From NCBI GenBank assembly GCA_964650515.1, contig CAZYUB010000008.1, positions 16,126-80,125 of the forward strand: DNA of 64,000 bases. The letters are read 5' to 3'. The notes under the pieces are model-generated. The model made no database searches and was not told the DNA's origin. It worked only from the letters and a program-made list of their open reading frames with translations. The translations under genes and the position numbers were made by a program. This document shows, piece after piece, positions 58,013 through 64,000 of the stretch (within the stretch, counting starts at the first letter, position 1; the number at the start of each line of letters is the position of its first letter). Origin of the DNA: an uncultured Planctomycetia bacterium (GTDB lineage: Bacteria; Omnitrophota; Gorgyraeia; Pluralincolimonadales; Pluralincolimonadaceae).

Positions 58013-58117
58013 CTGCTCTCGGGAGCAGACACAAGCAAAAAAATATATCCTTCTTTAAGCTGAAATCTGCTCTCGGGTGCATATTTGAAGTATACCATGA
58101 CTTTCCCAATATGTCAA
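58013..58117 (-). promoter_or_regulatory. promoter (TTGACA-17-TATACT) plus two LacI-type operator palindromes (CTGCTCTCGGGAGCAG; CTGCTCTCGGGTGCAT) upstream of the PEP-CTERM CBM gene
   Basis: Central-CG palindromes between the -10 and the start codon. Confidence 0.55.
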
Positions 58118-59118
58118 GTCGACTTCCTTATAATAATTTGCGGCTCGAAGAACTGCGTACAATCCCCCTGCTTTCCCGATGAGACCATTTTTATCAGGCC
58201 TTTGGTAGCGGCGGCAGCCATATCCTTTACGGGCTGCGCGACGGTAGTAAGCGCAGGCGAGAAATTTTCGCAATTCGGTATATTATCGAAACCCACTACG
58301 GCAATATCCTCCGGTATGCTCTTCCCCTTCTCCTTGATAGCCGACATAGCTGCGAGGGCCATCCTGTCATTGACGGTAAAGACGGCGTCCGGCGGCTCCT
58401 TTAATCCCAGAAGCTTTCCCACCGCTGCCTTTTCATAATCACCGTAAGGGCGGCCGGAGTTGTATTGCACATATACGTTCTCTATTTCCCTGCCCGCTTC
58501 CTTTAAGGCCTTTTTGTATCCTATGAACCTGTCCTCGGCATCTACCCAGTTCTCGTTACCGTGAAGAAAGGCGATCCTCTTGCGGCCCGATTCCAATAAA
58601 TGTTTTGTCGCGAGATAGCCTCCGGCCACGTTATCGCAATCAAAAGAAGATATGCCTTTAAGATGCGAGCATAGGAGGACAAGCGGAATTTTCTTTTCCT
58701 TCAGCTCCACGACATCCTTGTAATTATCCTTGCCTATGGACGGCAATATGAAGCCCGCGACTTGTTTGCTCAGGTGCAATCTAAGGCAATCGGCGCCGTT
58801 GAACTGCTCCTGGGTAAAGAGCATGAGCTGGTAGCCCTCTTTCTTCACGACCTCGCTTACCCCCTTGATTATCTCTTGTATATAATACTCCATGCTGAAA
58901 AATGCCTCTCCGAGGAAGACGAGCCCGAGGATCTTCACTTTTCCCGAGTAGAGCACGCTTGAATGGACGTTAGGGACATAGGGCTCTTTCTTCAGGTAAT
59001 CCAGCACGAGGGAGCGTTTTTTCTCTGAGACATACTTTTCGCCTTTCAGGACCCTCGCAACGGTGAACCTTGATATCTTCAGTTTCTTGCCGATCTCTTT
59101 GAATGAAGTCGAAGCCAT
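58114..59118 (-). CDS. LacI-family transcriptional regulator
   Basis: HTH (MASTSFKEIGKKLKISRFTVARVL) plus periplasmic-binding-fold effector domain. Start at the internal Met; the 117-codon upstream extension overlaps the preceding gene. Confidence 0.85.
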   Translation of the reverse strand: MASTSFKEIGKKLKISRFTVARVLKGEKYVSEKKRSLVLDYLKKEPYVPNVHSSVLYSGKVKILGLVFLGEAFFSMEYYIQEIIKGVSEVVKKEGYQLMLFTQEQFNGADCLRLHLSKQVAGFILPSIGKDNYKDVVELKEKKIPLVLLCSHLKGISSFDCDNVAGGYLATKHLLESGRKRIAFLHGNENWVDAEDRFIGYKKALKEAGREIENVYVQYNSGRPYGDYEKAAVGKLLGLKEPPDAVFTVNDRMALAAMSAIKEKGKSIPEDIAVVGFDNIPNCENFSPALTTVAQPVKDMAAAATKGLIKMVSSGKQGDCTQFFEPQIIIRKST

Positions 59119-59132
59119 AATATCTCTCTTCT

Positions 59133-62100
59133 TTATTTTAACGGAACGGTTATGTCGGCCGGCAGTTTTTTGAACTCTATTTGGCCGCCCACGCCATAAG
59201 GCAATATGAAGACAAACCCTTCGGGAGGCCGCGCTTTGCCCGAGACCTTTATGCGAAGCCCTCCTTTTTCCTCTTTTATTGAATAACTTAAAGTCCCGTA
59301 GTATGTCGGAAAATTCCCTATAGACACCCCTTCCTTGCCCAGGAGCCATTTCCGCGGTATACCGTGGCCCAGGATAAGGCGGCCGTCTTTTTCGTACACA
59401 AATAAACTCCTGAATGCATTTATATATATCGATGCGACCCATGTGTGGGGCAGGTCGCCGACGAACCACGGCTTCCGGTCGTCAGCCAGTATCCCTTCCG
59501 CCCATCCGTTCCAGGCAAGCGGCCTGTGCAGCCTCAGGTATTCTTCCATCATCCTCACGGCCTTTTCCCTTTGGTCCAGCAGGACGAATACCTGCGCTAT
59601 CCTGATGGCATACGGCGAATACGACCATTGAGGGCCCGCCGCCAGGCTCGGAGCGAACTGGTCCGTCCAGAATATGCCGAAGGTATTATAGAGCGAATCC
59701 TGGGGAAGGAACTGCGACTCTTCCGTAGGCCAGACCGCGATGGCCGTTGAAGGCGCGTCAAAATCGGCCTTCTCGACGCAGCCCGGTATATATTTTATCT
59801 TCGCGGATTCCCGGACCGCTTTAATGGAATCATAAACGCTCTTCCTGAAATCCGCCGCCTCCTTTTCCGCCCTGGCCGATAGTTCGCTGTCCCCGAGTAT
59901 AGCAGCGATCTCACCGGCATCCTTCCACCCCCTTATCCCCCAGAAATCATCCCAATAGCTGTGCATGCCCGGCGCCGGGAAATATCCCTCGTGGCTGACC
60001 GAGCGCGGGAATATGCCTGACGGCTCTTCCTTCCTGAGGGCTTCCATGAAATCCAGGACGCGTTTTACCGCGGGAAGTTTCCCTTTAAGCCACGCTTTGT
60101 CCCCGGAGAAACGGTAGTATTCGAGGACTGCGTAGACATATTGCCCCTGGCTGTCATACTCCTCGAACTCCCTCTCCCACGCGGGTTCCGCGGCGGCCTC
60201 TGATATCATAATAGGGGGCACTTTGCCGTCCGGCTTTATATGTCCGGTAAACCAGTCCAGGTATTCCTTCGCCTCGGCAGTGTGCCCCATCCTCATCATA
60301 GCGGCCGAAGCCGAACACGCGTCGCGTATCCAGGACTTCTTGTAAGCGCCGGAGCCGCCCTGCAGCATCGGCCCGTTTTTATTTATAAGGATATACGCGA
60401 GGCTGGTCTTGACGGCATCCGACATCTCTTTATCCGGGATATTTATCCGGACCTTGTTTAATTTTTCTTCCCAGGACCTCCTCGTCTTCTCCTGCATCGC
60501 GTCAAAATTCTTACTACGCGGTTTGCCGCCATGCAGCGGAATGATGAACAGGTATTCCTTTTCGGCTTTCGGGGCTATGCTGAAACCGTATTCAAGGGCT
60601 CCTGAGGCGTAGTCGAAAGGATCACTGACCGATCTCCTCGGGGTTATCGTCCCGGCCTTCAGATCGTCAATGAGGGTGTCTTCCATATACGTCGAGCCGC
60701 CAAACTTATCCGGCACAGTAAGGGAGACGAGGCGGTCTTTGCCGTCTATCTTCAGCGTATGCCCGCCCTTCGCATCATATTCCAGGCTCCTTATCATCGC
60801 CATCCCGCCGCTCCACTGCCATGAGGGATAGACCTGGAAAGGCCTTATGGTCAGGAAGAGTTTCCCTTCCAATTTCTTTTCGCTTTTGTTCTTTAACTTA
60901 TACCTGATGCAGGTAATGGCCTCGCCTTGCTTGCCGTAGCCGAACAGTTTCTGGGAAAAGGCCAGGCCGTCATTCTCCCAAACGACTTCGGGCATCGGAA
61001 GATAACCTTTTTCAAGGGACTGCGAGATCCGGAAATCCTCGCGGGTAAGGAGTTTACCGTCCATGTAAATGAAAGGCATCAGGGACGGGCCCCAATTATA
61101 CATTTGTATCTGGCCGTCTTCGCAGAAACAGCTCTCGGCAATATCCCCTTCCACGCCGACCACGGTCCAGTATGCCTGGCGGCCCCCTATCCATTCCGGA
61201 TAATATTTCCTTTCCGAGGGTTTCGCCTTCATCTGGTAATAACTCTGCGCGTCCAGCCGTTTCCTGATCTGCGGGACGGCATCCCCGTCCTGCACGAGCA
61301 CTATTGGCGGTTTGGATATGCCTCCGCCGCCCCACTCATCGAAGACGCGGAAAGTAAAATCATTCGGTTTACCCGGGACCAGGTATTTCCCTACGGGCGT
61401 AACGGTCAGCGTCTGGTTCACGCTGCCGTGTATAGTCGAGTCCTTGGCCCTCGGGCCGTAGCCGGCAACGAACTGGCCGTTAACATAAAGCTCGTAAGCG
61501 TCGTCCACTCCGCCTATCATCAGGACGGCCTTGCCGTCGTCCCAATTTTCGGGAATCGGAACATCCTTCTTGTACCAGGCGTATCCGTCGTAATCCGGAA
61601 AGCCCTGGTCTTCCCATAACCGCCCCGTCTCTATCTTGGCCCAGTCCTTTGAGGCGTCTGTCCTGAAATCCCATTCGCCCTCGAGAGGTATTATATCTGC
61701 CGTATTTATCCTGCCGGGATCATTGATACCGGCGCCGTTTACGGAGACCTCAAAGAGCGAATAGCCCCACTCCGTGGCCCTCTTTCCGAAAACCAGCTTT
61801 ATGTACCGCGCGGCGGCCTTATCGAAATATATCTCTTCATTGCCGCCGGCGCCTTTATCTTGTTTATATACGCTCTTCCAGTCCTTGCCGTCATCGGAGA
61901 GCAGGACCTCATAAGAAGACGCATATGCCGTCTGCCAGAAGAGCGTCAACCCGGATATTTCTTTGGACTCGCCGAGGTCGATCTCGAGCCATTCGTTGTC
62001 GGAGAACTTGCTGCCCCATCGCGTGGCCGTGTTGCCGTCGAGTACATATTCAGGCCCAAACGCGTCATTTTCCGATGACGACGCGGTTACCTTAATCTCG

Positions 62101-62195
62101 GCAGCGTATGATATGGAAGAAAATAGACAAATACAGGCCGCCGCTGACAAGCAATATTTCAGGTTTGCTCCTATATTTCCGGCTTTTCTATTCAT
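59133..62195 (-). CDS. secreted multidomain glycoside hydrolase: N-terminal F5/8-type-C (discoidin) domain plus large alpha/alpha-toroid catalytic region
   Basis: Signal peptide; discoidin markers (VTASSSEND...AxDGNTATRWGS...WLEIDLG); 1020 aa. Confidence 0.75.
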   Translation of the reverse strand: MNRKAGNIGANLKYCLSAAACICLFSSISYAAEIKVTASSSENDAFGPEYVLDGNTATRWGSKFSDNEWLEIDLGESKEISGLTLFWQTAYASSYEVLLSDDGKDWKSVYKQDKGAGGNEEIYFDKAAARYIKLVFGKRATEWGYSLFEVSVNGAGINDPGRINTADIIPLEGEWDFRTDASKDWAKIETGRLWEDQGFPDYDGYAWYKKDVPIPENWDDGKAVLMIGGVDDAYELYVNGQFVAGYGPRAKDSTIHGSVNQTLTVTPVGKYLVPGKPNDFTFRVFDEWGGGGISKPPIVLVQDGDAVPQIRKRLDAQSYYQMKAKPSERKYYPEWIGGRQAYWTVVGVEGDIAESCFCEDGQIQMYNWGPSLMPFIYMDGKLLTREDFRISQSLEKGYLPMPEVVWENDGLAFSQKLFGYGKQGEAITCIRYKLKNKSEKKLEGKLFLTIRPFQVYPSWQWSGGMAMIRSLEYDAKGGHTLKIDGKDRLVSLTVPDKFGGSTYMEDTLIDDLKAGTITPRRSVSDPFDYASGALEYGFSIAPKAEKEYLFIIPLHGGKPRSKNFDAMQEKTRRSWEEKLNKVRINIPDKEMSDAVKTSLAYILINKNGPMLQGGSGAYKKSWIRDACSASAAMMRMGHTAEAKEYLDWFTGHIKPDGKVPPIMISEAAAEPAWEREFEEYDSQGQYVYAVLEYYRFSGDKAWLKGKLPAVKRVLDFMEALRKEEPSGIFPRSVSHEGYFPAPGMHSYWDDFWGIRGWKDAGEIAAILGDSELSARAEKEAADFRKSVYDSIKAVRESAKIKYIPGCVEKADFDAPSTAIAVWPTEESQFLPQDSLYNTFGIFWTDQFAPSLAAGPQWSYSPYAIRIAQVFVLLDQREKAVRMMEEYLRLHRPLAWNGWAEGILADDRKPWFVGDLPHTWVASIYINAFRSLFVYEKDGRLILGHGIPRKWLLGKEGVSIGNFPTYYGTLSYSIKEEKGGLRIKVSGKARPPEGFVFILPYGVGGQIEFKKLPADITVPLK

Positions 62196-62225
62196 TACAA
62201 CTCCGCATTAAGTCGAATTCGGGTA

Positions 62226-62243
62226 TATGCTCTCGCGAGCATA
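62226..62243 (-). promoter_or_regulatory. LacI-type operator palindrome TATGCTCTCGCGAGCATA between promoter B and the GH start
   Basis: 17/18 symmetric, central CG; same GCTC-N4-GAGC core as 58013..58028. Confidence 0.55.
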
Positions 62244-62282
62244 AGCTTATCATACTTTCGTGCTTTGTCAAGTATGGCATAA

Positions 62283-62311
62283 AAAACCCCGATCGTTATG
62301 ATCGGGGTTTT
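62283..62311 (-). terminator. rho-independent terminator (AAAACCCCGATC-GUUAU-GAUCGGGGUUUU) after the low-GC island gene
   Basis: 12-bp perfect stem with a flanking A/U run; symmetric, so it could act bidirectionally. Confidence 0.8.
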
Positions 62312-62370
62312 CCCATTCAATCAAACCGCATTTATGACATTTGGGAAACCTCTCTGATTTAGCTGGCTTT

Positions 62371-62425
62371 ATTATAGGGGTAATACCTTACTATATCAAG
62401 GAATTTCGGGAATTAGAGAGGGATT
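62371..62425 (-). repeat. promoter cassette copy B (CCGAAATTCC-TTGATA-17-TATAAT) driving the discoidin-GH/LacI operon
   Basis: See copy A. Confidence 0.65.
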
Positions 62426-62543
62426 TCCTCGCTAAATATGTCCGTTTTGTCCGGTCTTTCTTGGCCGAAAATGACGTAACTATTTGAGGAATCGAAAGAT
62501 AAGGTTGTCCACACCTTGAGAAGCGGACAAAGAGCCAGCGCTT

Positions 62544-63533
62544 TTAACTGCCACCGCCTAAAATTTCACCGGTTTCAGCATCTATCCATACGTGTGCGGG
62601 ATCATAGTTCTTGGTGAATATCTCATCATAGCCCCAAGAGAAGCTTACTATCCACGCAAGACGGGTATAGGATTGAGGGTATTTACTATAATCCTTTACA
62701 CCTATTTTGCTGAAACCCTTTGCGAATTGGCCTTCAAAATAATTCGGGTTTGTTATCTGTAATTCGGCATCAAGAGCCTCGCCTGATTTATAACCGAATA
62801 ACCTCGCCATCTTCTTTGCAAATGGTTTTGCTATTCCAATCGCTTTTTCTTTTGAGATATTAACAATCAAAGAATCGGGAGGATCAGAGAAAAATACATA
62901 CCCGTATCCCGCAAGACCATACTTCTCATGTATAGTTACCCTTATTCCATCAAATCTATACTTATAACCACCTGTTTTTCTTCCCCAGTCAACTCGCCAT
63001 AGCCCTTCATAATATCGCTTTGTGTCAATACCAGAGGAATTATTATCGTAAATCGCTTTTTCATAATAAGCATCCTTTGGTATTTCACCATTAATTATTT
63101 GAATATACTTCTCGGCCTCCTTGATTATAAACTCCCTTTTCTCTTTGGGCTTAGAGCCACCCTCAAATACAGGAGCACCAACTCCACTTATTATATCGGT
63201 AATATACCTATTAGATAATCCTCTTATCGTTCCATCAACATAATCAATATCCATCACAATACCACTGTGCAGACAAGCAACATTCCACACTTTTTTGCCA
63301 TACCATTCTGTTTCAACGCCTATATTAAACGATTCATATTTGATTTTATCTCTATCAATATTAAACAAATTAAGAATTTTCAGTTTATCTGAATATATTA
63401 CAAATAATTCCTGTTTCGCAATACTTTTTGTCGCTCCGCATAATGCTAGGCTATTTATACATATTGCTAGAATAAACAATACTAAAATAACTATATAAAT
63501 TTTCATTCTACGGCGATAAATCAATACTGTCAT
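62544..63533 (-). CDS. hypothetical membrane-anchored/secreted protein encoded in a low-GC island
   Basis: N-terminal hydrophobic segment; AT-rich codon usage unlike every other gene in the window. Confidence 0.5.
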   Translation of the reverse strand: MTVLIYRRRMKIYIVILVLFILAICINSLALCGATKSIAKQELFVIYSDKLKILNLFNIDRDKIKYESFNIGVETEWYGKKVWNVACLHSGIVMDIDYVDGTIRGLSNRYITDIISGVGAPVFEGGSKPKEKREFIIKEAEKYIQIINGEIPKDAYYEKAIYDNNSSGIDTKRYYEGLWRVDWGRKTGGYKYRFDGIRVTIHEKYGLAGYGYVFFSDPPDSLIVNISKEKAIGIAKPFAKKMARLFGYKSGEALDAELQITNPNYFEGQFAKGFSKIGVKDYSKYPQSYTRLAWIVSFSWGYDEIFTKNYDPAHVWIDAETGEILGGGS

Positions 63534-64000
63534 CTTTGGGTCCTAAACAATTAATATTATCCGCATAGTTAATTTTATTTCCTGCAAGCTCATCAACTGC
63601 AACTTTTATAAAATATGGTTTCAGCGTATTACGATCAATTTGATTCATTTTATTAAAAAATGCCTTTGAATAATTTAATGCCGCCATCGGATTCGAAGGT
63701 ATTTTCCATCCCATATACTTACCAGTATTAAAAGCAGAAACAAATTCATCGGTATTGCTAGCAGTTTTTTCATCGCCACTTAGGCAAGCATTAATAAATA
63801 CTAGTTTATAACTATTATTATTCATACTGTCACTAACTTGTCGAGGGAATACTACTGTTGGCCACACTGTCGTTGTAGAATACTCATCTTCAATTGTTGA
63901 CTCTAACTTAATTCCTCTGTATATCATATTTGGTGCATACCCATGAGACGTTATGTACAATATTGAATGATTTGGTAACTCTTCCAGAAATTCCTTTGTT
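63508..64000 (-). CDS. clan CD (caspase/legumain/gingipain-like) cysteine peptidase homologue, 5' end beyond window
   Basis: Frame stays open to the window edge (..TKEFLEELPNHSILYITSHGYAP..). The His-Gly dyad after a beta-strand (ILYITSHG) and the downstream LVFINACLSG resemble the legumain FIYFTDHG / IEACESG pair. Confidence 0.45.
   Translation of the reverse strand, partial: TKEFLEELPNHSILYITSHGYAPNMIYRGIKLESTIEDEYSTTTVWPTVVFPRQVSDSMNNNSYKLVFINACLSGDEKTASNTDEFVSAFNTGKYMGWKIPSNPMAALNYSKAFFNKMNQIDRNTLKPYFIKVAVDELAGNKINYADNINCLGPKDDSIDLSP

Noticed and set aside
58114-59469. 451-aa ORF extending the LacI regulator
   Set aside because: The extra 117 N-terminal codons overlap the preceding glycoside hydrolase gene. 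The HTH begins at the internal Met (MASTSFKEIGKKLKISRFTVARVL).
1-64000. tRNA, rRNA, CRISPR, transposase/integrase
   Set aside because: All intergenic gaps were scanned; they are at most ~350 nt. No cloverleaf-compatible sequence with a conserved TPsiC/D-loop, no repeat-spacer array and no transposase or integrase homologue was seen.

Overview
High-GC (~58-60%) bacterial chromosomal segment from a Gram-negative, probably uncultivated, lineage; the exception is the last ~1.8 kb (from ~62.2 kb to the end), which is AT-rich. Gram-negative markers are TolC, AsmA, an autotransporter and a PEP-CTERM protein. Coding density is very high and strand use is extreme: 54 of 55 supported genes are on the minus strand. 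Recognisable content, from the window start: split guaA (PP-ATPase subunit) and carB; AsmA-family protein; a DRE-TIM aldolase and an FCY1-like cytosine deaminase next to a xylFGH-like sugar ABC transporter; HD-GYP, PiT and a DEAD-box helicase; an overlapping PabB-like and B12-radical-SAM pair; GTP-PEPCK; a trehalose/osmoprotection island (TreT, hypothetical, OtsB, sensor/HAMP-fused OtsA, MscS); a TetR-controlled 9-gene operon (TolC-EmrA-EmrB plus a serine-less ACP-like protein, a secreted protein, a hydrolase, an LmbE deacetylase, a membrane PAS sensor and a LOG protein); an arsenic island (DUF134 regulator, ArsP, ArsM, two thioredoxin-like proteins, a DsbD-like protein, ACR3); ankyrin plus autotransporter; MscL; ACT-malic enzyme; a response-regulator / PAS-kinase / response-regulator block; a glycoside hydrolase family 130 (GH130)-like protein and a GT4 fusion; an ABC-F ATPase; two CBM-like secreted paralogues (one PEP-CTERM); a LacI regulator with a discoidin-domain glycoside hydrolase; and a terminal low-GC island with a caspase/legumain-like (clan CD) peptidase fragment. 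No tRNA, rRNA, CRISPR array or transposase was recognised. The most notable non-coding signal is a conserved leader module found twice, upstream of mscS and of the GT4-fusion gene: a sigma70 promoter, a hairpin that sequesters a Shine-Dalgarno, a 19-nt identical core AUGGUCGGGCCGCCAUCU encoding MVGPPS, and an intrinsic terminator. This looks like a ribosome-mediated (Pro-Pro stalling) attenuator. Other notable signals are duplicated promoter cassettes, three TetR-type and three LacI-type operator palindromes, and a terminator placed inside the ABC-F leader.
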